Assembly (NCBI GenBank): GCA_963785725.1
Contig: CAWAWS010000025.1
Span: 1 to 64,000, forward strand
DNA: 64,000 bases
Source: an uncultured delta proteobacterium
Lineage (GTDB): Bacteria; Myxococcota_A; Polyangia; Palsa-1104
Direction: 5' to 3'
In this document: piece by piece, positions 42,801-52,186 of the stretch
Numbering within the stretch: position 1 is the first letter of the stretch
How the letters are laid out: every line of letters starts with the position of its first letter
Notes under the pieces: model-generated
The model's input: the letters and a program-made list of their open reading frames with translations, nothing else
What the model was told of the DNA's origin: nothing
The model's database searches: none
Translations under genes and position numbers: made by a program

Positions 42801-43750
42801 GGAAGCTCACCGGGATGCGCCTGACGATATTCGATCAGCAGCTTCTGCACTTCGGCTTGGAACTCCTTGGAGAACTGCGCGCCCGCCTTGTCGGCGATCG
42901 CCATCGAGCGGCGAACGACCTCTTTTTGCATGTCGGGCGGCGTCACCACTTCTTCGAGGCCGCGCGACTTCATGGCCGTGAGCGCGTTCGTGTTGTCGGT
43001 GCGCACCTGCGCGATCGCCGCCGCCTCCAGCTTGTCGCCCTCTTCGAGGATGATCTTTTGATCGGCGGGCGCGATCGACTGCCACGACTTCTTCGTCAGC
43101 ACCGTCGCGCCCGTCGCCATGCCGATGACCGCCGAGGTCACGTATTTGGCGTGCGTCGACCATTGCAGCACCATCGCCGACAAGGGCGAGCCGAAGAAGG
43201 CGTCGATGCTGCCCGTCGACAGCGCCGGCAAGACCTCGGGCACGCCGAGCGGCACGCCGCGCAACTCCAGCGCCGCGAACAGCTGCTTCGTCAGCGGGTC
43301 GTCACTCCACATCCACAGCTTCGTCTGCCGCAAGTCGTCGAGCGAGCGAATCGGACGCTGCGAGAAGATGCGCACCGGGCCGACGTCACCCCAGCCCATG
43401 AGCATGTAGCCCTGCTCGTCGAACCGCTTCTTGATGAGGCCGCCCAAGCGATCGCGCGCGTGGTCGAGCTCGGCGTAGGTGCGCGCGGCTTCGAGGGCGC
43501 GCGCTTCGGGATCGATCATGCTGAGGCCGATGCCGGTGATGGCGGCGCCGTCGAGCTGGCCGCCGCGCATCTTGCGGATGACGTCGCGCTCGTCGCCTTG
43601 CACGCCGCCGGTGTAGAACTTGAGGCGCACGCGGCCTTCGGTGCGCGCCTCGACGTTGGTCTGCAGCTGGCGGAACAGCTTCATCCACGACGAGCCTTCG
43701 GGCGCGAGCGTGGCGATTTTGAGGACGATCGCGAGCGCGACGACATGCAT
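42797..43750 (-). CDS. dctP: TRAP substrate-binding protein DctP (TatP-like), second copy
   Basis: LKIATLAPEGSSW, GGVQGDERDVIRKMR.GQLDGA, GVPEVLPALSTG and LQW; ATGA overlap with apbE. Confidence 0.92.
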   Translation of the reverse strand: MHVVALAIVLKIATLAPEGSSWMKLFRQLQTNVEARTEGRVRLKFYTGGVQGDERDVIRKMRGGQLDGAAITGIGLSMIDPEARALEAARTYAELDHARDRLGGLIKKRFDEQGYMLMGWGDVGPVRIFSQRPIRSLDDLRQTKLWMWSDDPLTKQLFAALELRGVPLGVPEVLPALSTGSIDAFFGSPLSAMVLQWSTHAKYVTSAVIGMATGATVLTKKSWQSIAPADQKIILEEGDKLEAAAIAQVRTDNTNALTAMKSRGLEEVVTPPDMQKEVVRRSMAIADKAGAQFSKEFQAEVQKLLIEYRQAHPGELP

Positions 43751-43766
43751 CGCGCGACCATATCAA

Positions 43767-44624
43767 TCAGGCGTAGCCGAAGTCGCCGGCATGGCGGCGC
43801 AAGAAGCCGCCGACCAGGCACGCCTGTGCGAACCACAGTAAGTTGGCGGCGCAGGCGCGCAGGCAGCCGCCGGCGACGGGGACGCTCTGCAAGAGCGGCG
43901 CGAGCGTGCGGCCGAAGAGGGCGAAGGCGACCAGCGTGGCCCAAAAGAGCGCCACCAGCCGCAGGTACGAGGCCGGCGCGCGCGTGATGACCTGCAGCCA
44001 GGCGACGGGATAGAGCGCGCCCAGCGTCGACTGCGTGAGGACGACGCTGACGAGCGCCGCCGGCAAATAGACGAGCCCGAGCGCGATCAGCATGAGCGTG
44101 ACGAGCGGGCTCGGCGGATTCGTCAGCTGCGTCCAGGCGACGAGATAGGGCAGCGCGGCGACGAAGACGCACAACCCGCCGCGCAGCGACATCGTGGCCA
44201 GCGACCACACGTCGTCGAGCAGGTCGGATGGGCCGGGCAGGCCGTCGCGCCCGTCGCCGACGTGGGCGATGATCTGGAAGTAGTAGCCGACGAGGCTGCC
44301 GTAATAGACGACGTTCATGAGCAGCGTGAACCAGCTCATGCCGGGGATCCAGGCGACGAAGCCGGAGAGGATGAGCGGCGACGCCAGGCCGGCGGCGGTG
44401 ATGACGCCTTCGACGGTGAAGGCGCGGCGGGCGAGCGCGGCGGCGTCGTGGTCGGGGCGGGCGACGATCGTCGAGGGCGCGACCAGCGGCGCGTTGCACT
44501 TGGCGCACACTTCGTAAAGCTGGCCTTTGACGGTGAGCTGCTTGACGCAGACGGCGCACCAGGCGCGCTGGCAGCGGCTGCATTGGCGGGCCGCGAGCGC
44601 CGACGGGTGCGACACGCAGTGCAT
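43767..44624 (-). CDS. B-box-type zinc-finger membrane protein (DUF4013-like TM region)
   Basis: C..HP...A...C..C....C..C plus C..C, followed by about 6 TM helices. Confidence 0.75.
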   Translation of the reverse strand: MHCVSHPSALAARQCSRCQRAWCAVCVKQLTVKGQLYEVCAKCNAPLVAPSTIVARPDHDAAALARRAFTVEGVITAAGLASPLILSGFVAWIPGMSWFTLLMNVVYYGSLVGYYFQIIAHVGDGRDGLPGPSDLLDDVWSLATMSLRGGLCVFVAALPYLVAWTQLTNPPSPLVTLMLIALGLVYLPAALVSVVLTQSTLGALYPVAWLQVITRAPASYLRLVALFWATLVAFALFGRTLAPLLQSVPVAGGCLRACAANLLWFAQACLVGGFLRRHAGDFGYA

Positions 44625-44749
44625 GCAGCGATCGTAGCAGCGGCCCGCGACGCGGTCGAGCGCAGGCGATCGGCGAAATCTGTCGGGCTCTAGAACGCCG
44701 AACGGTGGCGCACAGGCGCATCGCAGTGAGCGGTCAAACCGTTCGCGTT

Positions 44750-45925
44750 CTAGGCTTCGGCGACGACAGCGACGAGCGCGGGCAAGGCGGCGGCGAGCGT
44801 CGCCGGCGCGACGAGCAGGCTGACGACGATCGTCGTCGGCGGCAGGTCGAAGAAGAAGCCGGGATGCACGACGACGCCGCGCGCGAGGAGCGCCAGCGTC
44901 CACTCCTCTTCCGTGCGCGTCGCGGGCAGGCGCACGATGGCCGACCAGCCGCCGTCGGCGCGGTAGAGCTGCGCAGCGCTGTGCTCGTCGCAGGCGGCGG
45001 CGAGCGCGGCGCGGTTGGCGATGGCGCGCGCGCGAAGCTGCGCGCCCACGTCGTCGACGAGCGGCAAGAGCGCGGGCGCCGCCAGCTGCACCGGCGTCGC
45101 CACCGACAAATAAGTGTCGGCGATGAGGTGCAGCCGCTCTTCGGCGAGCGCGCGCAGCGCCGGCGGACCGCCGGCGACGATCCAGCCGAGCTTGAGCTGC
45201 GGCAGCCCGACCGGCTTCGACAGGCCGCTCAGGCAAAACGTCAGCGCCGGCGCCGACCGATCGCCGTCGTCGACGAGCGTCGTCAGGCGCGCGGCGTCGC
45301 GTTCGTAGCCGTAGTCGGCGAACACCTCGTCGCTGATGACGGCCAGCTCGTGCGCGGCGGCGAGCTGCCCGAGCGCGGCGGCCTCGGCGCGCGTCGCGAA
45401 CGAGCCGGTCGGATTATTGGGGTTGACCACCACGATCGCGCGCGTCCGCGGCCCGATGGCGCGGCGCACCTCGTCGGCGTCGATGAACCAGCCGCCGTGA
45501 TAGCGCACGGGATAATGACGCAGCTGCACGCCTTCGAGCGCCGCCAAGTGCTCGAACAGCGGATAGCTCGGCGACGGAACGAGGATGTCATCGCCGGGAT
45601 CGCAGAGCAGCTTGAGCAGCCACGCATAGGCTTCGCTCGTCGACGCCGTGAGCGTGACGCGCGCCGGATCGACCGCGCGCTCGTGCCGGCGATAATAGTC
45701 GGCGACGGCGACGCGCGCCGACAGCAGCCCCTCGGCGGTGGGTTCGTAGGCGAGCGCGCGCCGATCGGCGAGCGCGGCCAAGATCGCGGCCGCGGGATAG
45801 ACGATTCCGACGGCGGTCGGGTTGGTCTCGGTCAGGTCGCACAGCGGGCCGGCGGCGCGCGCGGCGTCGACGGCGCGGCTGACGCGATTGGCGGCGAGCG
45901 ACGGCGGCAGGCGCGACGAAAACAC
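44750..45925 (-). CDS. PLP-dependent aminotransferase class I/II
   Basis: DLTETNPT, TASTSEAY, PSYPLF, NPNNPTG, SDEVF.DY and SGLSK (PLP lysine). Confidence 0.92.
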   Translation of the reverse strand: MFSSRLPPSLAANRVSRAVDAARAAGPLCDLTETNPTAVGIVYPAAAILAALADRRALAYEPTAEGLLSARVAVADYYRRHERAVDPARVTLTASTSEAYAWLLKLLCDPGDDILVPSPSYPLFEHLAALEGVQLRHYPVRYHGGWFIDADEVRRAIGPRTRAIVVVNPNNPTGSFATRAEAAALGQLAAAHELAVISDEVFADYGYERDAARLTTLVDDGDRSAPALTFCLSGLSKPVGLPQLKLGWIVAGGPPALRALAEERLHLIADTYLSVATPVQLAAPALLPLVDDVGAQLRARAIANRAALAAACDEHSAAQLYRADGGWSAIVRLPATRTEEEWTLALLARGVVVHPGFFFDLPPTTIVVSLLVAPATLAAALPALVAVVAEA

Positions 45926-46000
45926 GACGCCATATTATGATGCCGTCGCAGAATTAAACGAAAACGAAATCAAACCTCATTCGAATGTGACGAAATCGAA

Positions 46001-46438
46001 ATGAAAGCACATACGAAATATCTGACGTTCAATACGCCGCAGCGCCGCATGTTGGTGCGTATTACGGAGGACGCGGCGACGTGTTGTAAAGAGAGCGGCA
46101 TCGCCGAGGGAATGCTGCTGGTGAGCGCGATGCATATTACGGCCGCGGTATTCGTCAATGACGACGAATCGGGATTGCACGCCGATATCGAGGAGTGGGT
46201 GCAGCGATTGGCGCCCGGTCCGGCGGCCGACGATCGCGCGCCGGGGCCGAATTATCGCCATCATCACAGCGGCGAAGACAATGGCGACGCGCACCTGAAG
46301 AACCTATTGATTGGGCATCAAGTGATCGTTCCCATTACCAAGGGGAAGCTCGATTTGGGGCCGTGGCAGCAGATCTTCTATTACGAATTCGATGGCCGCC
46401 GACCGAAGCGCTTGGTGTTGAAAGCGATGGGCGAGTAA
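46001..46438 (+). CDS. yjbQ: YjbQ/UPF0047 family protein
   Basis: [26 protein letters not shown] and [15 protein letters not shown]. Confidence 0.93.
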   Translation: MKAHTKYLTFNTPQRRMLVRITEDAATCCKESGIAEGMLLVSAMHITAAVFVNDDESGLHADIEEWVQRLAPGPAADDRAPGPNYRHHHSGEDNGDAHLKNLLIGHQVIVPITKGKLDLGPWQQIFYYEFDGRRPKRLVLKAMGE

Positions 46439-46452
46439 GCGTTCGCGCTCAT

Positions 46453-49400
46453 TCAATGGAAATCGTGCGATGGCGCGGCGCTGCCGATTTCGGTCAGCGA
46501 CGCGAATTCATCGGCTTTGATGGCGACGACGCCGTCTTGATTTTGCAGCTTGCCGCCGACGATCAGCGCCGGCGCCGTCGTCAACAACGTGCGCTCTTTG
46601 GCGAACCGCTGCGGCGTGACGATGGCGTTGGAGAAGCCGCTCTCGTCTTCCAACGTCAAAAAGAAGAAGCCTTTGGCGGTGCCGGGGCGCTGGCGCACGA
46701 TGACGGTGCCGGCGGTGCGCACGCGCACGCCGTCGGCGAGCTCGGCCAATTGCGCCGCGGGCACGATGCCGCGCGCGGCCAGCGACGGGCGCACGAGCGA
46801 CACCGGATGCGGCCCGACGGTCATGCCGCTGCCGGCGTAGTCGGCGCTGATGCGCTCGCCGAGCGACATGTCGTCGAGCGGCGTCGTGGCCTCGTCGGCG
46901 ACGGCGGCGAAGAGCGCGTTGCCGCTGCGACCGAGCGCCGCCGTCTGCCACAGCGCGCCGCGCCGCTTGTGCGCGTGGTCGCCGCCGATGTGGTTGAGCG
47001 CGCCCACCGACGCCAGCGTCGTCATCTCCGCCGGCTGCACGGCGCCGCGCCGCGCGACGTCGGCGACGGAGACGAACGGCGCCTCGGCGCGCGCCGCGAC
47101 CAACTGCTCGCCTACCTGTTGCCGTAAGCCGGCCACATGACGCAGCCCAATCCGCAACGCGCCCGCTTCGATCGAGCACAGCCAATCGGAGCGCGTGACA
47201 TCGACGGGCAAGACGCGTACGCCGCGCCGCTTGGCGTCGGTAATCAACGTCGCCGGATGATAAAAGCCCATCGGCCAATTGTTCAACAGCGAGGCATAAA
47301 ATGCCGCCGGATGGTGCGCTTTCAAATAGCAGCTGGCATAGACCAACAGCGCGAAGCTGGCCGAATGACTCTCGGGAAACCCATATAACGCGAATGATTT
47401 GATACCCAATACGATCTCGTCTTGCGCGGTCAGGCCGATTCCTCTTTTCGTCATTCCGCGGCGCAGCTCGATTTCGAGGACGCGCATTCGCTCTTGCGAG
47501 CGCTTCGAGCCCATCGCGCGGCGCAGCTCTTCGGCTTGGCCGCCGGTGAAATCGGCGGCGGCCATGGCGATGCGCATGAGCTGCTCTTGAAAGAGCGGAA
47601 TCCCCAAGGTGCGTTCCAAGATCGGCTCCAGCGACGGGTGCGCATAAGTGACCGCTTCTCGTCCGGCGCGCCGCTTCAAATACGGATGCACCATTTTACC
47701 GACGATGGGACCGGGACGAATGATGGCCACCTCGACGACCAAGTCGTAAAACTCGCGCGGCATCATGCGCGGCAACGTCGCCATTTGCGCGCGCGATTCA
47801 ATCTGGAATACCCCGACCGTATCGGCCTTTTGAATCATGGCGTAGGTCTCGGGATCGTTTTGCGGCAAATGCGCCAAATCGATCTCGATATTCTCGTGCC
47901 GGCGAATGAGCGGCACCGCGTCCGCTAAAACCGCCATCATTCCCAAGCCCAACAAATCGATTTTGATGATTCCCAAATCGGCGCAATCGTCTTTATCCCA
48001 TTGCACGACGACGCGGCCGGGCATCGACGCCGGCTCGAGCGGCACGACCTTGTCGAGCGCGCCGGCGCAGATGACCATCCCGCCGGAATGTTGCCCGAGA
48101 TGGCGCGGCAAACCGAGGAGCTCGCCGCTCAAGCGCAGCAGCTGTTTGACCCGTTCGTCGTCGAGCGACATGCCGCAGCCGAGCAGTTGTTGGCGCATGT
48201 CGTCGTCGGCGGAGCGGAACTCGAACGGGCCGATGCGCTTCGATAACCGGTCCATTTCCAGCTGCGACAAACCCAAGATCTTGCCCATTTCGCGCACGGC
48301 CAAGCGCGCGCGATAGGTGATGCAATTGGCGGTCATGGCGCAGCCGCGCTCGCCATATTTCTTGTAGACGTATTGGATTATTTCTTCGCGGCGCTCGCCG
48401 GAGGGTAAATCGATGTCGATATCGGGCCATTCGCCGCGCTCTTCGGACAAGAAGCGCTCGAACAATAGTTTCATGCCGACCGGATCGACGGCGGTGATAC
48501 CGAGCGCATAACAGACCGCGGAGTTGGCGGCCGAGCCGCGGCCTTGCACGAGAATGCCGCGGCGATTGGCGTAATCGACGATATCCCAGACGATGAGGAA
48601 ATAACCGGCGAGCTCCAGCTTGGCGATCAACTGTAATTCGCGCTCGATTTGCGCGGCCGCTTCCGGCGTCATGTCGCGATAGCGATGCCGCGCGCCTTGC
48701 GCCACCAAATGTCTCAGATATTCGAGCTCGGTTCCGCCATGCGGGACGGGATATTTCGGGAATGAATAGCCGAGATCTTCGAGCGTGAAGCCGCAGCGCG
48801 CGGCGATTTGCAGCGTATTGTCGACGGCGCCCGGCACGTCGCGGAACAGCATGCGCATCTGCGCCGCCGACTTCAGGTAGCGCTCGGCGTTGGCCGCCAA
48901 TAACGTCCCCGCCGTTTCCAAGGTTCGTTTCTCGCGAATACAGGTCAGCGCGTCATATAAGTCGACGCCGGCGGGCTTGGCATAACGAACGTCATTGGTG
49001 GCGACGAGCGGAATATGGCGCGCGCTCGCCATGGCCATGACGACCTGGTTACGCCGCTCTTCGCGCGCGTCATGATGACGGCCGATCTCCAGATACAAAT
49101 CGCCGGCCGCGAAGATGCCGCCGAGCCGATCGAGATCGCCGTGACCATCGCTGATGGCCAACAAACCGGCGCCGAATTCTTCCAGATCCGAATGGGTGAC
49201 GAGCGCCTGACCTTTGGGGCGATTGGCTTTGGAGCGCGTAATCAGCTGACTGAGGTTTTGATATCCGCCGGCATTCTTGACCAGCAATAACAAGCGCTGA
49301 TTCTCGAGCGTGATATCGGCGCCGACGATGGCGTGTAGGCTCTGTCCGCTGGCGCGCCGATAAAAGCGCGGCGCGCCATATAAGCCGTCGCGATCGGAGA

Positions 49401-49521
49401 CGGCCAGCGCGTTGTAGCCGAGCTCCACCGCGCGATCGGCCAAATCCTCCGGCAGCGATGCGCCGCGCAAGAAGGAAAAGGCGCTGGCGGCGCGTAATTC
49501 GACGTAATCACAATAGGGCAT
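46453..49521 (-). CDS. dnaE2: Error-prone DNA polymerase DnaE2 (ImuC)
   Basis: DnaE2-type PHP start YVEL...SAFSFLRGAS, GRGSAANS, PDIDID, QWDKDD, FQIESRAQ, YGFPESHS, RQRPGTAKG and C-terminal SHDFH (SRDFH-type motif). Confidence 0.97.
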   Translation of the reverse strand: MPYCDYVELRAASAFSFLRGASLPEDLADRAVELGYNALAVSDRDGLYGAPRFYRRASGQSLHAIVGADITLENQRLLLLVKNAGGYQNLSQLITRSKANRPKGQALVTHSDLEEFGAGLLAISDGHGDLDRLGGIFAAGDLYLEIGRHHDAREERRNQVVMAMASARHIPLVATNDVRYAKPAGVDLYDALTCIREKRTLETAGTLLAANAERYLKSAAQMRMLFRDVPGAVDNTLQIAARCGFTLEDLGYSFPKYPVPHGGTELEYLRHLVAQGARHRYRDMTPEAAAQIERELQLIAKLELAGYFLIVWDIVDYANRRGILVQGRGSAANSAVCYALGITAVDPVGMKLLFERFLSEERGEWPDIDIDLPSGERREEIIQYVYKKYGERGCAMTANCITYRARLAVREMGKILGLSQLEMDRLSKRIGPFEFRSADDDMRQQLLGCGMSLDDERVKQLLRLSGELLGLPRHLGQHSGGMVICAGALDKVVPLEPASMPGRVVVQWDKDDCADLGIIKIDLLGLGMMAVLADAVPLIRRHENIEIDLAHLPQNDPETYAMIQKADTVGVFQIESRAQMATLPRMMPREFYDLVVEVAIIRPGPIVGKMVHPYLKRRAGREAVTYAHPSLEPILERTLGIPLFQEQLMRIAMAAADFTGGQAEELRRAMGSKRSQERMRVLEIELRRGMTKRGIGLTAQDEIVLGIKSFALYGFPESHSASFALLVYASCYLKAHHPAAFYASLLNNWPMGFYHPATLITDAKRRGVRVLPVDVTRSDWLCSIEAGALRIGLRHVAGLRQQVGEQLVAARAEAPFVSVADVARRGAVQPAEMTTLASVGALNHIGGDHAHKRRGALWQTAALGRSGNALFAAVADEATTPLDDMSLGERISADYAGSGMTVGPHPVSLVRPSLAARGIVPAAQLAELADGVRVRTAGTVIVRQRPGTAKGFFFLTLEDESGFSNAIVTPQRFAKERTLLTTAPALIVGGKLQNQDGVVAIKADEFASLTEIGSAAPSHDFH

Positions 49522-49538
49522 TCAATGACGTTTCCATT

Positions 49539-51086
49539 TCATTCGTAACAGCCGTCGATATGCCAGCTGTTCTGTTGCAAGTCGTGAAAGACGCGATAAA
49601 TGGCGCCGTCGGATAATTCGACGTCGTAGTAATCGCGTATCAATGGGTTTTGCCACCAGCCGTCGCGAATGCGGAAGGGACCGGCCGCGGCCAGCACTTG
49701 GCCGCCGACGCCTTGGCCGCTCAAGTAGCGCAAACGGCCGCGATCGAGGCGCGCTTCGGCATCGAGCGGCGGGCGCAACGCGTGCAAAGCCAGCTGGCGC
49801 GCGTCCGAAGCCGGGGGCGTCATCTTCGCGGGCAATGGCTCGTCTTGGGTCACTTTGAGCGGCTTATTGGCGACGCGCGGCGAGTTGAACGGCTGCAGCG
49901 TGAACGCGTCGGGCAGGTGGCGATCGACGAGCGCCGGCGCGCCCACGCGCGTCTCGCCGACGAGCGCGCTCAGCTTGGCCAGCGTCGACGCCAGCTTGTC
50001 GGGCGACGGGCCGGCGGGCTCGAAGAACGACAGCTGCGCCGGCCGCGCCCGCGCCGGCGTCGTGCGAATGCGAATGCTGTCGACGGCGTTCGCCGGCGGC
50101 GACGTCTCGAGCGCCAGGCGCACCAGCGACAACAGCGTACCGACATCGCGCGTCGGCGAGGCGACGGGCACGACGCGCACGTCGCGGCCGCGCGGCGACA
50201 GCTTGAGCGAGAGGCCCAAGTCGCTGGCCGACAGCGCGCGACAGGCGAGCCGCGCCGTCAAATTCTCCAGCAAACGACGCAGCACGAACAGGAGCGGCTC
50301 GACGTTTTCGCAGGGCCAATCGAGATCGATCCCCTCTTCGAACAGCGTCGGCTCGGGGCGCGCGATGAGCGGCGAATCGGCCTGGCCGCGCGCGATGCGA
50401 CCGATGCGCGCGCCTTCGGCGCCGAGCCTCACGGCGACACCGCCTTGCGGCAGCGCCTCGAGCTCGCCAATCGTGCGCACGCCCCAGCCGCGCAGCGTCG
50501 CCAGCACCGCCGCGTCGGGCTCGAGGAGCGCGATGGGCAGCGGCGCCAAGAACGCGGCCTCGCGACCGGGCGCGACGACGGTGACGTCGGAGGGCTCACC
50601 GTCGGGGCCGACGCCGGCGCGGGCGGCGATGCGCGCGGTCGTCTTGTCGCCGGCGATGCCGACGCGCACGGCCAGGCCCAGCTTGCGCGCGGCGACGAAG
50701 AGCGCGTTGGCGATCTCGGCGTCGCTGTCGAAGAGGCGGCCCAAATCGGACACGTCGAGCGCGACGCCGGCGGCGACCGACTCGACGCGCGGCGAAAAGG
50801 CGGCGCCGAGGTCGGCCAGCGCGCTCTCCGCCGAGCGCACGAGCTCCGGCGAGCGCGCGCGATAGACGGCGTCGGGCGCGGCGGCGCGGGCGACGAAGAG
50901 CGTCATGCCGACGCGCAGGCCGAGCTTGCGCGCGGCGGCGCTCAGGTCGAAGACGTCGCGGCCTTCGCAGACGACGAGCGGCTGCCCGACGAGGTCGGGA
51001 TCGGCGCGCTCGATCGCCTGCACGGCCAAGTGCGGCACGAGGACGCACGCGATGCGCGGCGCGGTGGCGGTGCGCACGCGCGCCAT
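49539..51086 (-). CDS. imuB: ImuB, inactive Y-family polymerase
   Basis: Y-family fold fragments (GLRVGMTL..ARA, FSPRVE, GVRTIGEL..LP); beta-clamp motif QLSFF; C-terminal GP.R....WW...RDYYDVEL...YRVF; located between imuA and dnaE2. Confidence 0.92.
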   Translation of the reverse strand: MARVRTATAPRIACVLVPHLAVQAIERADPDLVGQPLVVCEGRDVFDLSAAARKLGLRVGMTLFVARAAAPDAVYRARSPELVRSAESALADLGAAFSPRVESVAAGVALDVSDLGRLFDSDAEIANALFVAARKLGLAVRVGIAGDKTTARIAARAGVGPDGEPSDVTVVAPGREAAFLAPLPIALLEPDAAVLATLRGWGVRTIGELEALPQGGVAVRLGAEGARIGRIARGQADSPLIARPEPTLFEEGIDLDWPCENVEPLLFVLRRLLENLTARLACRALSASDLGLSLKLSPRGRDVRVVPVASPTRDVGTLLSLVRLALETSPPANAVDSIRIRTTPARARPAQLSFFEPAGPSPDKLASTLAKLSALVGETRVGAPALVDRHLPDAFTLQPFNSPRVANKPLKVTQDEPLPAKMTPPASDARQLALHALRPPLDAEARLDRGRLRYLSGQGVGGQVLAAAGPFRIRDGWWQNPLIRDYYDVELSDGAIYRVFHDLQQNSWHIDGCYE

Positions 51087-51094
51087 CGCTCGCG

Positions 51095-52120
51095 CTACTT
51101 CGAGCCGCTGCGGCCGCTGAATGCGGGCGACGCGGCGAAGCCGGTGTTCTCGTACGACGGGCTACCGGGATTGGGACCGCCGCCGCCGCCGAAATTGCGC
51201 GCCACTTTGGGTGACACGACGACGGCGGGAGCCAGCGGCACGCCCAGATCATCGACGTCCGGCAGGTAGATTTCGCGCGCCAGCTGCGGCGGCACGCGAA
51301 TGACCGCGGCGTCGTCGACGTCCGCCGGCAGCGCGCGCCGCGGCGGCCGAACCGTTACGGCGACGGGCGTTTGCAGCTCGCCCAAGTCGACGCACAAGGG
51401 CAACAGAGCCGCGCCCAGCTGGGGACCGAGCTTGTTGCGCGCCACCGCGATGCGACCGTTGACGCCGTCGAGCAGGCGCGGCGCCTCGTTCTGCCCGAGC
51501 CAGCGGCCGCGCCCGCGATCGGCCGCCAGCGACAGCGCGCCCAGCGTGCCGACGAGCGGTCGATCGGCGACGACGACGAACGCCGCCTTGGCGCGCTCCG
51601 CCCGCCGCGCCAGCTTCAGCCACGGCGCATCGCCGCGGACGACGGATTGCCGCCGATTCCAGCCGACGCGCGTCTCGCTGTCGACGACCTGCGCGGAGAC
51701 GCCGGCCAAATAGAGGACCACGAGGCCGAAGCCGCCGACGTCGAGCAGCCAATCGGCCGCTTTCAGCCCGTCGACGACGCTGCGCGGGCGCACCCACAAC
51801 AGTCGCGGCAGCGCGACGCCGGCGCGCGCGGCCGAGCGCGGGTCGAGCGCGTCGGCGACGTCGACGAGCGCGACCAGCTCGCCCGCCGCCTGCGCCGCCG
51901 CCGTCATCGCCAGTGTCGCCGACATGCGCCCCGACGAGCGCGGGCCCGACAGCTCGACCAGGCGGCCGCGCGGTAAGCCGCCGTCGAGCAGCGCGTCGAG
52001 CGCCGGCAATCCCGTCGACAAGCGCGCCGCGGCCGGCTGCGTCGAAGCCGCCACCAGGCGCGCGCTCTCGGCTCGCATGCCGGCCAGCACATCCGCAATC
52101 TGCTGCGCGGTGGCGGCCAC
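51095..52120 (-). CDS. imuA: ImuA, RecA-like mutasome component
   Basis: LSTGLPALDALL.GGLPRGRLVELSG with degenerate Walker A (GPRSSGRMS), LVD..DALDP.SAARAGV.L.RLLWVRP and GGFGLVV. Confidence 0.88.
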   Translation of the reverse strand: MAATAQQIADVLAGMRAESARLVAASTQPAAARLSTGLPALDALLDGGLPRGRLVELSGPRSSGRMSATLAMTAAAQAAGELVALVDVADALDPRSAARAGVALPRLLWVRPRSVVDGLKAADWLLDVGGFGLVVLYLAGVSAQVVDSETRVGWNRRQSVVRGDAPWLKLARRAERAKAAFVVVADRPLVGTLGALSLAADRGRGRWLGQNEAPRLLDGVNGRIAVARNKLGPQLGAALLPLCVDLGELQTPVAVTVRPPRRALPADVDDAAVIRVPPQLAREIYLPDVDDLGVPLAPAVVVSPKVARNFGGGGGPNPGSPSYENTGFAASPAFSGRSGSK

Positions 52121-52126
52121 GAATGA

Positions 52127-52155
52127 GATATACTGAACACTCGATCAGGTTTCAA
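52127..52155 (-). promoter_or_regulatory. imuA promoter with a Myxococcus-type LexA box in the spacer
   Basis: Minus strand TTGAAA-N17-TATATC. The spacer contains CTGATCGAGTGTTCAG (52133-52148), close to the M. xanthus SOS consensus CTRHAMRYBYGTTCAGS. Confidence 0.75.
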
Positions 52156-52186
52156 GGGACGACCGATTCATCCAACGTAAGAGCGC

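Noticed and set aside
45950..46000. ACGAAATC direct repeat (45964, 45990) and CATTCGAATG palindrome upstream of yjbQ
   Set aside because: Too short and A-rich to separate from ordinary divergent-promoter sequence.
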